DNA from: Harriotta raleighana
Taxonomy: Eukaryota
DNA: 64,000 nt
NCBI GenBank assembly: GCA_050575255.1
Contig: JBNZDD010013673.1
Location: 4,675,091 to 4,739,090, forward strand
Direction of reading: 5' to 3'
The translations under genes were made by a program, and so were the position numbers. Positions 25,448 through 38,484 of the stretch are shown here, in pieces. A model generated the notes under the pieces. That model did no database searches, was not told the DNA's origin, and saw nothing but the letters and a program-made list of their open reading frames with translations. Every line of letters begins with the position of its first letter. Position 1 is the stretch's first letter.

Positions 25448-25880
25448 ATAATAATAATAGTTCTTTCATTTGATATAGTGCCTTATCACTTCCAGACGTC
25501 TCAAAGCGCTTCACAGAATATACTGTAAGTGAATTTCTAATCCCCCGCTTCCCTCCCCATCTCATCCCCAGCTCGGATATGACACAGTGACTGTCCAGCG
25601 CCTTGGAACGTCCTCCTGATGTGAAAATTGTGAAACAAGTGTAATTTTGTTGTTGTATATGATGTGGGCAAATGCGCCAGCAATTGCACACCCCAGCGTC
25701 CCTGGGTGACGCTCTCACAAGATCCAGGTTCTCTCTGATACTTTGTCTGAATGAAAGTTGTGGATTGAATGACCAAATTCTTATTTCTTTTAAGGGATTA
25801 TTACCCCCGGAGAAGTGATCCACCAATCGATTTAAAACTGAGATCCTACTTGCTGCTCGGGAAACAAAAGTGTGTGGAGT
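25448..25880 (-). mobile_element. tRNA-SINE split by an L2 (+) 3' end (about 25538-25656)
   Basis: SINE tail and body are colinear on either side of an L2 stem-loop with (TTG)n. Confidence 0.75.
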
Positions 25881-26004
25881 AAAGAATAAATTATAACAAG
25901 GTCATCCTGTGTGTAGGTTCAAATCCTCAGTAGTGAGACTCAGTTTCCTTACTTCACACACCTTAAGTAGAAACCCGGTTATTTAGCAGGTTGCTTTTTA
26001 GGGA

Positions 26005-26245
26005 TAATAACAGGCCATCAGCCACTTGGCCCCAATCTTCTGGAACTCCATCCCACAGTCCCTCCGCTTTGCCCCCTCCCTTCCTTCCTTCAAGACCCAT
26101 CTCAAGACCCTCCTCTTCAACTGTGCTTTCAATCACCCTCCCTGAACCAGACCCCCAGCTTGGGTCCGAATGACTGATTGTCCAGCGCCTTGGGACGTCC
26201 TCCCAATGTGGAAGGCACTGTACAAATTTAATTTTGTCGTTGTTG
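26005..26245 (+). mobile_element. L2 3' fragment within a SINE remnant
   Basis: ctggaactccatccc...ccagcgccttgggacgtcctcc...ttttgtcgttgttg. Confidence 0.8.
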
Positions 26246-27154
26246 GTTACCTAATTCTCAAGTGCAATTGACTGCTGTGTTTCGCCCATGAAATGGTCAT
26301 TTCAAATGTGAAGCACTTTGAATCATGATAAGTTGCTTTGCTCAAATGAGAGGATAATTAATATTACAGTATTACTATTGTACTCTAATTTCCTCTTGTT
26401 CGCACCTTGGCAGGGATCCCCATAGTATGTGAAGTGCTTTGAGCTATTTATCCACTATGAACATCACTGTGTGAGTACGAATTGTTTTGTCCATCGGGTC
26501 ACTTTCACACAGCTGTTGTGTTTGGGGTAGGATCGGGGGGGAGTGAGAGTGAAGAACACGCAAACAGCGCAGAGCAACTTTGAGCACTCCGACCCCCCAT
26601 CCCACAGCCATAAACCCTCGAAAAATGTTTTAGAAATATTTTAATAAAGTCATTGCTCATTGTGTTAAAGTGCTTTCCAGAGCTCAGCTGCTCTGGATTT
26701 GGGCCACTTTGATTCAGATTCTTGAAGTGCCTTAATCAAACATTTCGACACCCAGATGTTACTGTTATTTTCTGGAGATCTGTTGGCATAGCTAATTCCC
26801 CACAGTTTGTAATCTTCATTCCTGGAACTTTGCAGGTGGCAGGTTGCAAAGTTTTTAAAGCGGATAAGCTATAACTTTGGACAGAGAACGAGTTTGCTAC
26901 AGGGGCGTATGTGTTGGGGAGCAATGAATTAAATCAGGTTAACTGATGCACAACTAGAACATAACATTAATATGATTGGCCAAAAGCCCTTCTTTTACTC
27001 TGTACATTTATGTAACTGCTGATCTCCCTTCATCCTGTTTTTATCATCACTTTGCAGGGTTGACTGGGCACAGTTTCTTGGGCACTGTTTATTCTCTGCT
27101 AACTTGCCTAAGTGATCATTCTTGAACACACAATTCTAGATAGTGAGCGCATTG

Positions 27155-27465
27155 TAATAATAATAATAATCCTTGCATTTGATATAGCGCTTTTCACGTC
27201 TTCTAGATGTCTCAAGTGCTTCACAGAATATACTGTAAAGTGAATTGACTGTCTATTTGTGGGCGAAATGTGGCAGCCAGTTGCACACAGCAGAGTCCCA
27301 CAAACAGTCGTGGATTGAAGTGACCAATTAACTATTTTTTTCTTGAGGGATTATTGTCAGCCGTGTGGAGCAAGGAAGCTTGCCCAAGGTTTCGACCTGC
27401 TGAGCATTGAACCCAAGTTTCTCTCTTGCGAGGAGAGTGCTCTAACCACTGAGCTATAGGACACC
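27155..27465 (-). mobile_element. Full-length tRNA-SINE
   Basis: Complete reverse complement from the (aat)n tail to the head gtgctctaaccactgagctatagga. Confidence 0.9.
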
Positions 27466-27920
27466 TGTAGTTCCACACCAACATTGAAAATGTTAAATGT
27501 TAAATATCTTAAGAACAGGCTGTTTTTCTTAGAAACAAATGATGGACAGCTGTGGGAAAGTTATGAAGACTAAACGTCAGACATGATTTACCAGTAACAC
27601 TGCTGAACTGTACTCAGGTGTCTAGGATCTGTTCAGTTAAACATTACTCATCCCGCTTGGCAAGTTCTGTCAGTGGTATGTGTATATGTGTTTCCTCTTC
27701 TAAGTTTCTCGAAGCAACACAGCATTTATCTGTACTGCAGTGGTTTCCAAATTTAAATAGCGCCTCTCCTCCCCAATTCAGCAAATATTTTGTTGCGATC
27801 CCCACACCCACTTCTCCTTCACATTGAATAATTTTTGCAAATGATAACAGCAAATTAAATATTTTCTTTACCTGTTTTTAATCAGTTTTTTAAAAATACA
27901 CTATTAACAAAACACATTAA

Positions 27921-28236
27921 ATTCGGGCAGCAAGTTCCCAAAAACCCAACACAAATTTTAAAATTTATTTTAAAACATACCATTTTAATAATAGCCTATA
28001 TAGTAGCTTTAATAAGAAAGCATTCCTAGCACACACTCAGTAAAATGGTGAAAACCCAGAGGTCGTAAGTTTAATAAGTGCACATGCGCATGCATTGCAC
28101 ACATACACGAGGTGAGCAAACTTGCGAGTGTCCTGGGTGTCTATTGTATAAGATCCGTTTGCTGGAATTGGGAATTGCCCCGGGAGGGGGTCGAGCAATC
28201 AGGTTGATCGGGTCATGGATAAACGGGCTTTTACTG
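27921..28236 (+). mobile_element. Diverged partial copy of the 9779 MITE family
   Basis: Colinear interior (ttttaaaacataccat; aagtttaataa..tgcgcatg; gatccgtttgctggaa) and right TIR ...gcttttactg|TA. Confidence 0.75.
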
Positions 28237-29110
28237 TACTTACATTTACAATTCCAAGTGATAGGTATTTCCTATCATATTTTCTGCATTTAGTTTATTT
28301 ACATGCCATTTCTCTACTTAAACTGGCCTAACTATCTTTACTTGAACTTGCTTCACTATCTCTATCTTTCCTCTTGAAACCGGTTAAGAACTTTTCCATC
28401 TCTTCAAGGGTTCTCAGTACAGGCAAACCCAGCTGAACGTCTAAAGTTATTTTACACTCAATCTTTAAGTGCTTAAGCGAGAACGACGTTAAGCAAATAC
28501 ATTTTCCCATAAGAATTAATGTAAAAACTGGAGTTAGGTTCTTATTGACATTTTTTGTCAAAATTTTCTTTAAAAAAATATTATACTCCTTCCCTGACTA
28601 CCTTCCCAGCTCATTCATTCGCTCCCTGACTGCCTGCCCAGCTCATTTGCTCACTGTAAAGTGAAATTACAGTATATTTGTGAGCGAAACTTGACCAAGG
28701 TTTTGCCTTGGCTGGAATCAAACCCAGGTCTCTCATTTGTAAGGTGAGTACTCTTACCTCGGAGCTACAAGATTTCACATATAACCCCTTAACATGTCTT
28801 TGAGTTATCTCAAAGTGCTTTTGTTGCATCTTCTGATTCCGCAGATCCTCTCCCACCAATGTGATGGCATCTAAAAAAATTAGTTTACACTTAATCTGTG
28901 AATCCAGATTCTTATTGTATACATGGAGGGCTTAGTATAGATTGGTATAGATTGGAAAAGTACCCCACTTATACCCACCCTGATTCCCATTTACACATAA
29001 AAGGGTACTCAGTCTTTAAGGGCGCTATACAAATGCAAGCTGTGGTTAATGAGCTGTTTCTCACAGAAGCCAAGTCTGTGAATCCTTGTTCACCTTACAC
29101 TTAATAAAAG

Positions 29111-29429
29111 TAATAATAATAATCCTTGCATTTGATATAACGCTTTTCACAGCTTATCAATGTCTCAAAGCGCTTCACAGAATATACTGTAAACTGAGTT
29201 GACTGTATATTTGTGGGCGAAACGCGGCAGCCAATTGCGCACAACAGTGTCCCACAAACAATCATGGATTGAAATGACCAATTTTTATTATTATATTTTT
29301 TGGACGGATTATTATTAGGTGTGTGGAGTTAGGAAACTTGCCCAATGTTTTGCCCTGATCTGCCTGGATTCGAACACAAGTCTCACGCTTGTAAGGCGAG
29401 TGCTCTAACAACTGAGCTACAGGAGCTCC
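29111..29429 (-). mobile_element. Full-length tRNA-SINE (TAC-anticodon variant)
   Basis: Complete element; head reads CTCGC-CTTACAA-GCGTG on the minus strand. Confidence 0.9.
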
Positions 29430-29884
29430 ACAGTTGAGTGTGATGAAGGAGGGTTGCACTATTACCCAGCTTCTCATAATTGTGCATGAGCTGGGATGGC
29501 ATGGGCGGGTGGGTCACACGCTGGGTTGAGGCACGGGCAGAGGTGGGCTGAGGGAGGAGTAAGGAAGAGAAGGTGTGCAAGGTTGATGGTGGTGGAGTAC
29601 ACTTCTTTGCTCCAGTAAAAATACACTTGAATTTTCAAATCTATCCACAAAACCCTTATTTCCCTGATTAAAAATTGTTAAACACAAAATTTGGTCACTC
29701 AATCCACGGCTGCATATTGGTCACTACTGTGCACAATTGGATGCCACGTTTCGCCCACAAAACAGAGGGTCAATGTTGCAGTATATATTATGAAGCACTT
29801 TCAGATGTCTAGAAGACGTGGTGAATCTCCATTGTGCAATGCCATTGTTGTGATGGGAGCCCAGAACTGGACACAAAACTCCTA

Positions 29885-30368
29885 CTGTGGCCTTAGCGCT
29901 CGCCTTGCAAGAGAGAAATCTGGATTCAATTCCTGTCAGGGCAAACCTTGGGTGAGTTTCCTTTCTCCACATGGCTAATGTAGCTTTTAAAAGAGAACTG
30001 GATAGGTATCTGGGGAAGACAGGTTTGCAGGGTTATGGGGAGAAAGCTGGTGATTGGGGTTAATAAAAGTGACATTACTCTGTCAGAGAGTCAACACAGA
30101 CTCGATGGGCCGAATGGCCTCCTTCTATGCCGTAACCTTCTATGATTCTATGATTCTATGATAATACTGTAATAATACTCCATCAAGAAGAAATAATATG
30201 TTGATCACTTCAATCCACGACTGTTTGTGGGACACTGCTGAAGGCAATTGGGTATCTTGTTTTGCCCACAGATATACAGTCAATTGACTTTATGGTGCAT
30301 TCTGTGAAGTGCTTTGAGACATTAAGAAGTGAAAAATCCTCAATCAAAATGCAAGGATTATTATTAAT
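29885..30368 (+). mobile_element. tRNA-SINE split by a CR1 3' end (about 29980-30161)
   Basis: SINE head, then CR1 tail ending (ATTCTATG)n, then the SINE body resumes at taataat..cc. Confidence 0.8.
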
Positions 30369-31188
30369 AATCAATGCTGTGTATAGTGTTTTGTCAGAGT
30401 TCTATACCCATGACATCCTTTATCAGGCTGTGTGAAGTCCACTTTGAACCTCTATCACACTGCCATCTTTACCTGCGTTGCAGTTATCCAGATTTTACAG
30501 AATTTTGGAAGTACTTAAAAGCCTGATCCTTGTTTACTCGAAATCGGGGAAAGCTCTAAGTCGCACTCACTCAAAGGGAAAAGATCAAGAGTCGTTGATA
30601 AAAGGTTGGAGCTGATTACAGCACGCAGCCTCTGAGTGAGTCAAAGGAGTGTCTCTTTGTGAGCAAGACATTAATCTTTTGTTTACAGGAAGTACACAGG
30701 CCAGAACTTTGAAGCATTTTCTTCTGTCAGATATTGAAGACTGTCAGCCAATAAGGTTTGCATTGTTCTCAAGAGCAGATACAGCAAGCTGCTGGCTGCA
30801 GTGTCTGAATGTACCTGCACAGAGGACAGCCATGGTATGAGATGTATCAGGAGTGGTCTGGCTTTCTTCTGCATTTTTTTTCCCTCCACGCCTTCACCCC
30901 CAGTATACTTTAGATTTCACAAATACTTCTCTATATCTCTGAACTTTATCTTCATCAAGGTAAAGATTATTGTTGGGCAGCCAGAATCTATCCAGCATGC
31001 TCAGAATCTATCTCAGCTCAGCCATAGCAAAGGTTAGCTACTCAGTGAAGCTTCCTCTACCTCTCCCATCACTCCTAGGTCAGCTGCAACATAGGTTAGA
31101 TATAGAGTAAAATTCCCTCTGCACTTTCTCATTGTGTCAGTATCAGATTTAGTGGATTGCCTCATCATGCACTAATGTGAATTTAATC

Positions 31189-31194
31189 TCCTCC

Positions 31195-31230
<36 letters not shown>
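31189..31230. repeat. (CT)n(AT)n compound microsatellite
   Basis: Read directly from sequence. Confidence 0.9.
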
Positions 31231-31624
31231 TCATATACAGTAATGACCTTCATGCGGTTGAGTAAATATCTTGGATCATTGAGAATGAGAGCTGAAATGA
31301 GGCAAAATCTGAGTTTCTGCTGGCTTGGGTGACATCGGCTCCCACTTCTTTCTCTGTCCAATCCCTTCCCTATGTTACACTCCCCACTAGTTTATATATG
31401 TTCTCCTTGTGTTTTCCACAATTGGCTTTACGATTTGCAAAGTATTAACTTTTGGTGTAAAATCAAATTTTGATAGTTTCTTCAAATCCTACGATTGCAA
31501 CAACAAAATTACATTTGTATGTAATTTTCATGTCTGGAGGGCATCTCTGGCCACATTAATACTACATCATTAATGCATATAGAATTGTATTTTAATCGGC
31601 CGGGTGTCTGAAACGTGGGAAAAC

Positions 31625-31900
31625 CAAACAACAACAAAATTACACTTGTATAATGTCGGATGAAGTCCCAAGGCACTGGATAGTTATTGTTTCAAACCCG
31701 AGCTGGGGTTGAGGACAGGGAGGGTGGAGGAAGATGGGGGCTGGGATTTGGGGTGGCTGATGGTCAGGGTCTTGAAGCATGACTTGAAGGAGGCTAGGGA
31801 GGGGGTGAGGCAGATGGATTGCGGGATGGAATTCCAGAGGTTGGGGGTAGAGTGGCTGAAGGCTTGCTCGTCAATGGTGGGTGGGTGGGGCAGATAGGGT
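31625..31900 (-). mobile_element. L2 3' fragment
   Basis: ORF 31684-31980 (QAFSHSTPNLWNSIP); (CAA)n tail. Confidence 0.85.
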
Positions 31901-32479
31901 GGGGGACGTGGAACAGGTTGGAGCTTGCTGAGCGGAGGTTTGTAGGGATTGAACCTGGTTGAACCAAAGTAATCAAACAAATTACTGAGAGTTCACGACT
32001 CCATGGAAATTTTGCTTTGTTTTGAATGGAGTCCACACTTTCTATATCAGGGATGCGTTCTGCTCTCCTAATCCCACAAATTTAGATGGACCCAATGCTT
32101 CTGGATCCCAGATTGTGATTCGTGGAATTTCTAGAGTTTAACCCACTAAAACTCTGCATCTTGTCAATATAAATACTGACCTGCAAACCTTCCACTGCTT
32201 GTCCAGCCAGCACCTTCTTTCTTGTTATCTTGAAGGAGGTTAACAGGTTAAGTTTAAAGAATTCCAGGTAAGGCCCAATTTGCCTGGTACTGCTGATGAT
32301 CCAGATTGGTTAGTTGGTTCTTTATCAACTATGCCTTGGAATACTGTGGACCTGGCTGTCTTGGGAACTGGGGTACCCAGGCTGACACAAATGTTTGACT
32401 TGATTCCCATTTCCCATTGCCAGGCATGTCACCTTGAAGCTAGTTCATCCTCAAAATCCCTATTTGGCTCTCTCCCTGC

Positions 32480-32730
32480 CCCTCACTCCCCCAATCCCAC
32501 CCAAGGAGAACATCACTCACTGCACTCTCACAGTCTGAGAAACTTCCTTTATTCCTACTTTTTGCTTTCTGTTCTTCAACCACCTCTGTCCTTGCAGGCA
32601 CATTCCCCTTATATCTATATATAGTTATCTTTTTCACAAGTCTCCTTTGAGGTACTTTATCAAGTTCTTTTTCAAAATTCATATAAACTAAATCCACTAT
32701 GCTGCCTCTATCTATCCATTATTTTTTCAA
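32480..32730 (-). mobile_element. CR1 RT fragment
   Basis: ORF 32440-32697 DLVYMNFEKELDKVPQRRLVKKI matches the CR1 RT motif D..Y.DF.KAFDKVPH.RL..K. Confidence 0.75.
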
Positions 32731-32899
32731 AGTATTACCTTAAATCATTCTGTTATGATAAGGAATAATAATAATATAAAAAATATTTCTTTTGTAATAA
32801 CCATTAAATTCTTTAATGGCCTTGTTCCACTCAACCTCTACTACTTTCCACAATCTCCATTTTATAATTTCTATTTTACTGTTCAGTCCTCATGCCCTC

Positions 32900-33220
32900 A
32901 ATTCTTGTTGGCCAAGTCTTCAGTTATAATGCGCCTGCTTTCTGGAAAGCTTTCCCCAAATCCCTTCACCTTGACTTTATCTCCATCTTCAGTTCTCTGC
33001 CTCACCTTTTGGAACTCCATCCCACAGTCACTTCGATCTTCCTCCCTCGCCTCCTTAAAGGCATTTCTCAAGACCCCCTTCTTTTACCACACCCACTTAC
33101 TCTCCCTGCCCTCCTCCTCCTGATCCCAACCCCCTGCTTAGGTCCAAATCCCTGACCGTCTGGCACCTTGGAACGTCCTCCCGATGTGAATGGCACTTTC
33201 CAAAAGTAATTTATTGTCTT
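32900..33220 (+). mobile_element. L2 3' fragment
   Basis: tggaactccatcccacagtc...ggcaccttggaacgtcctcccgatgtgaa. Confidence 0.8.
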
Positions 33221-35264
33221 TAAAACTGTCTTAAAAATGTCTTTCACCATGCCCTCATCCTGGGCTATCCTCAGCATTGTTTAAAATCCTTCATCAGTCC
33301 AAGTTGTCATTCTTTATCATATAATATATCATGGGGAAGAAATACTTATATGGGAATATGTGTGATTTCATCTCCTTCACACAGTATGATTGACCTGGCT
33401 GGTGATGAAGCTACCTCTATTGTTGGTTGCTACAGAGTGGCTGCGGCAGTGATTAATATAAGCTGTCTCGTGCTGTAAATATGCTGACACCAGTGACTTT
33501 GATCCTTCACTTTGCTGTTTGAAAACACTCAGCACAATTGCTTTGCCTTAAGAGCCTACAATGAGCTGTTGACCTCTGTGTTATTTTTTTCTCTGTCTAA
33601 CTTGCCCTTGTCATAAATCCCCTCCACACAGCACTTTGTATTGTTAAATCTTGTTAGAATTGTTTGCTGGAGTACATGGCCAGAATCGAACAGTGAGCTG
33701 CAGACACAGAGCACTTCGTGAGCTCCCCCTATGGCTCAGTTGGTTAATGTAAATAGTGAACCCTTAAAAGGTTCAAAGAATGTAGTGAGTGTATCCACTG
33801 CATGGCTGTTGTGTATGGGATCTTGCTGCGTGCACATTTTCTACTCTGTTTTACATTTGACAGCAATTTCTTGTGAAGCACTTGCAATGTTTTGATGTTC
33901 TGAAGCATTGTATCAAATTATTAAAACTATTTCTAACATGTATATCTCACACACTTGCCTTTCTGAATGGAGGTCAAACATGGAGTTCAATGGAGATCCT
34001 GGAGACACCAGCAACGCTCTCTGTTGAATTAAGTTGTTTGTAATAAAGAGGTCTTTCTGACAAAGGCCCTCTCCCGTCTATATAATGAATGTTGTGTTGC
34101 CCTAATACATTGTTGCCCAGGACATGAACACTCCCACCTCTCTCCCCTCCCTGAATAAGTGAGCAGCAACAATTGGTTCCCTTCACCATTAGTGTCTTAC
34201 TGCGATTATGTTACTTCATAGCCCTCCACGGCCTTACTCCCACCTACCTCTCCAACCTCCTAGTCCGTCTGCCCAGCCTGTCCTTCCCTCCATTCGGTGG
34301 ACACTGGCCTGCTTCGATGTCCTTCCCATGTGAACGGCACTATATAAGTGTAATTTGTTGTTGTCGGAATTAAGCCATGTGGCTCCTGATCGTAGAGCAT
34401 TCCTTCTTCTGTAGCCTTGCGCAGATCTAGCTTAGCTCGTAACAACATATGGGGTAAGAGCTCAGCTGATTCACATTCATATCTCATGGGTGTAGGATGC
34501 AATGCTCCTGAAAGCCCCTTCAACAGGCAGGATGGCCGGCTTTACCATTTTTCACTTCCCACTTATTCAGCAGCAGATTGCTGTCAGAATCACAACAGCA
34601 CAGTATTAAGTGCAGCTCTGTACAAAGTAGTATTCCCACTGGTGGGGCTCAGCACTTAGAAGGGCTTGACACAAGATTGAGCCCGAATATAAACAATATT
34701 GGGTGTCAATCTACATTATTTATTACAGCCACTTGATCTCGATCTAAAGCTGCCTTTTATTCTGGGAGAGACAAAAACAAATTTGTATTTTTATAGCATC
34801 TTGGTGTGTCAAAGGGTCTCAAAACATTTCACACGTAATTATTTTTTGAAGGCAAATGTAGTTGTTGCACATAGAAAGGCCCCTAAACAGCTCTACTTGA
34901 ATAACCGATACATTTGGAGGATTGTTGGTGAGAACACCAAAATAAATCTTGTGATGATTCTCATGACTCTTAGCTCAAACAATACAACACCATTTCTCAT
35001 GGCATATCATTGATTCATATCTTTCCAGGTTGTGAAATTATGCACTTGTTTCACACTGTTCAATGTAGTTCTTCCTTTTATTAGCTCATTGAAGCAAAAA
35101 CATGACTTCTCTCACTTTTCTTTTTGCCTTTTCTATTCCCTGAAGCCCTTCATATATGTTTCTCACTACTTTCGTTTGGGAGTCTATGTAACGTGTTGTG
35201 GATCAATTTTTAACCCATCCTGTTTAATCGTGTTCCAAGTACTTGAAGAATTTGGTTACACTAA

Positions 35265-35572
35265 TAATCATCATCATCATCATTTCATTTGATATAGAGC
35301 TTTAACTCCATCACAATAATAAATAATAATAATGATAATTACCATGTCTTTGAGATGTCTCAAAGTGCTTCACAGAATAAGCTGTAAAATGAAATGTCTG
35401 CATATTTTGTGGACGAAACATGGCAGCCAATTGTGAACAGTGGTGTCCCATAAACAGTCGTGGATTGAAGTGACCAATTCATTGTTATATCTTTTGAAGG
35501 AATTATTACCCCCACGGAAAAGTGATCCGCCAACAATTGGGTTCCTACTTACTGTTAGGTAAACAGAGGCGT
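35265..35572 (-). mobile_element. tRNA-SINE long subfamily, headless
   Basis: Tail, body and insert gggttcctacttactgttaggtaaaca. Confidence 0.75.
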
Positions 35573-37428
35573 ATTGTTTATTTTGCTTTCATCGGTCCTT
35601 CGTTCCCAAAATGTATTGAGATTTTTCCGGTATTTCTTCCATTTGTTTGTCATCTTCTGTCTTCATACTCCAAGTTCTTTTGAGTAGCCCCATTTCGATT
35701 ATATGTTGCAGTTCGAGCATAATATCAGATTTTACTTTCACAGTGTAAAACTTTATATTCTATGATCTGCCCTCATACACCACTTCTATATCCAATATGC
35801 CCCTCCGCTCTCTCAATTTCTCCTTTGTTGGATGTCCTTAGTTTGCCACCTCTCAACTTGGCTTCTCTCAGCTGTACATAGTCTTACAATTACATCACAC
35901 TGGCTTGAGCTTCTGTATGCAATTTGCACCATATCAATTCCCTTCTAAGAGCGATAACATCCATTCTTTGTTTTCTCTTTTTCTGTGTGCACTCTCGCTT
36001 TATGATTTATATTGTATCATTATTATTCTCTTCTTCCTGTTTACACACTCCTCTGTACTTCACATTCCTCATGCAAGCCATTCCAGCTTTGTCTTCAAGT
36101 TAGTTCATCAATTTCTCTAATCCTTTTCTGAATCTCTTTTAATGTCTTTCATGTGTGTTTTAGATATTTCTTCTATAATTATTATCTGTAAAAACTGTTT
36201 GCGGTGGTAAAGTCTCCAATTTCAGGAGCCAGTTATGTAATATATTTTATTTTATTCATTGATTACAATCTGGTCCCTGACCATTAATTTCTTCAGGTTC
36301 CATAATTGCATGCTTTACTTAACGATCGTAATACCACATATTTTTGGTAAAATGATTTTGTAGGCTCATGTTTTCTTGTTTCAAAGTTATATATAATTGG
36401 TCACTCAATCCATGATTGTTCGTGGAACACTGCTGTGCGCAATTGCAGCATCTTTGTCCTGTATTGTTAGAACCTACAACTTTTGTTCCAGAGATGAAAA
36501 TGCTAATAATTGAGCAAAACTAACTAACTGCTTATTGCCTTCTATACTTTACTACAAATTCTGCATGCCTGTTTTCAGTAGCAATGGGGAAATTGAACAG
36601 AATCATGGTTAGTGGCGTAGAAGAGTTCTTCCTTATGTCTCCAGAGACAGCAGTGTGAGTCATGATCAGATCAAGAACTCTGTGACTTTGGTGTATTAAT
36701 TGGCAGCTTGTTTATTCTTCTCTTTCTCCAGAAAATCTTGAAGCAAATCTTTTACAACCATTCAGTAATGTCTCACCTATATCAGCAGCTTGAAGGAGAA
36801 ATGTGAACCAAATGCCGTGGAGAGTAAGAAGAAGGGAAGACAGAAGGAAGTGTACCATTCATAGACCTAAGCACAAGAAAAAGATTGAGTGAGATGGAAT
36901 AAGTGAATTTTGATTTCAACATAAGGAGTCAGGGAAGAGCAGGAACCTATCTGTCAGACAGATTAGGAAAAAAAAAGAGAAAAATTCTAAAATGCAATGA
37001 TCAAAGTGAATTTGAGGAATAGAGGAAGACTAGAAAAAATCGAGACTCAATCCTTGGATGGAATCCTCAGGCAAAGAACTCTTGCCTCTAAGTCAAAATT
37101 TGGTGGTAAATACCTGATGTTTGAGTTCACAGTTTAGATTGAAAAAATCAGTGCACTGCTGGGGAATGCTGCATTGTAAGAAGTGTCATTCTTCTTAGAT
37201 TGAAATGTTAAACTGAGGTCTGTTTTTTTGAAAGAGAAGCAGTTTCTCCTAGTATTCCTGCAGATAAAATATGATCATTTACTTTATAGCTGTTTGTGGG
37301 ACATTGTTGTGCAAAAGCAAGCTACCATATTTGCCCCCAAAATACAAGTCTCAGTGCATAGTAAGTGTTTGGAAGAGTTTTGAGACATTTTGACAATGTA
37401 GTAAATGCGATATCCAATGCATGTTCAG

Positions 37429-37903
37429 TGGAACAAAAACAGAAGTCGCTGGGGAAACTCAGCAGGTCAGGCAGCATCCATGGAGAAAGGAAAGTGAGTC
37501 AACGTTTCGGGTTCACGACCCTTCATCAGAACTGGGGAGTGTTTGGAGGGAGAGGTTTTTAATGACATTAGAAAGGGGTGGGCTGGGGGGGTAAAGGCAG
37601 GTCATGGAAGACAAAGGAGGCAAAGAAAACAAAGGAAAAGAAGCGTGTAAATTGATGGGTTGAAAATGTGATAACGATATACAGGCGAGAAACAAAAGGG
37701 AGTGGGTTTCAACGAAACTGGGGAGAAGAGATGTTTAGTGGTGACAGAACAGACAAACCATCAGAGAGGCAGGGGGTGTCTGGAGTTATGATTGTGACGG
37801 GGGAGGGGGAGCTCTCATGGTCTGAAGTGGCTGAAATCGATGTTGAGGCCAAAGGGCTGCAGGATCCCCAGCAGATAGATGAGGTGCTGTTCCTCAAAAG
37901 TTG
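37429..37903 (-). mobile_element. Penelope-like element 3' end (GIY-YIG C-terminus and 3' UTR)
   Basis: Minus strand 37815-37898 encodes FEEQHLIYLLGILQPFGLNIDFSHFRP*, typical of the PLE ORF terminus; 3' UTR ctgatgaagggtc..ccgaaacgttgac...ctgctgagtttccccagc. Confidence 0.85.
37497..37533 (-). ncRNA. Minimal type I hammerhead ribozyme motif
   Basis: AGUU-CUGAUGA-A-GGGU(CGUGA)ACCC-GAAAC-GUU-GACU on the minus strand. Confidence 0.7.
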
Positions 37904-37924
37904 AATCCATTTTAGACAGACCAC

Positions 37925-38484
37925 AGTTAAGTCTGGACTCCGGGTAAATTGGACAATGCACCCTGGCCCCAATTCATTTGTATTCTTACCTGTATAAATA
38001 TGATGGGTAATTTGAATAAAAATCAGATTAATCCGGACAAAATGCCATGCTTGTTGCTGGCGAATTTAGTCACTTTCGCCTTCTGTGTCTCAGTGACTCC
38101 AGGAAGGAGTCAAATTTGCAATTGATTGACAGTGGTCTCCCAACCATTCACAAGCAGACGAGGGCTGTCAATCAGGGGTGATGGGGTGGCTGGGGGGGTG
38201 GCGGGTGGTGGCTAGGAACGCGGAAGAAGGGAGGGAGGCAATGGGAGGAGTCAAATCATGATTGATTGACAGCGGGACTACTGATGTTGTCAATCACCTC
38301 GCCACTAGCTGGTCTCCTTCCTGTCCAATGGGGGTGGGGGGAGGGGGAGAGGGTGAAGTGGGGGTATCTCCGCCCCTCTTCTATTGGGTGAGATGAGGTA
38401 AGAGAAATTAATTTAACCTCGGACGCCTCTTAAGATTGACTAAATGTTTAACCCCAGTGAGTCCGTCTTAGGCACCTTCCACTG
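37925..38484. mobile_element. Probable decayed Tigger/pogo-like DNA transposon
   Basis: Right end ...gtccgtcttaggcaccttccactg and left subterminal attaatccggacaaaatg resemble pogo-type ends; TIRs are degenerate. Confidence 0.4.
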
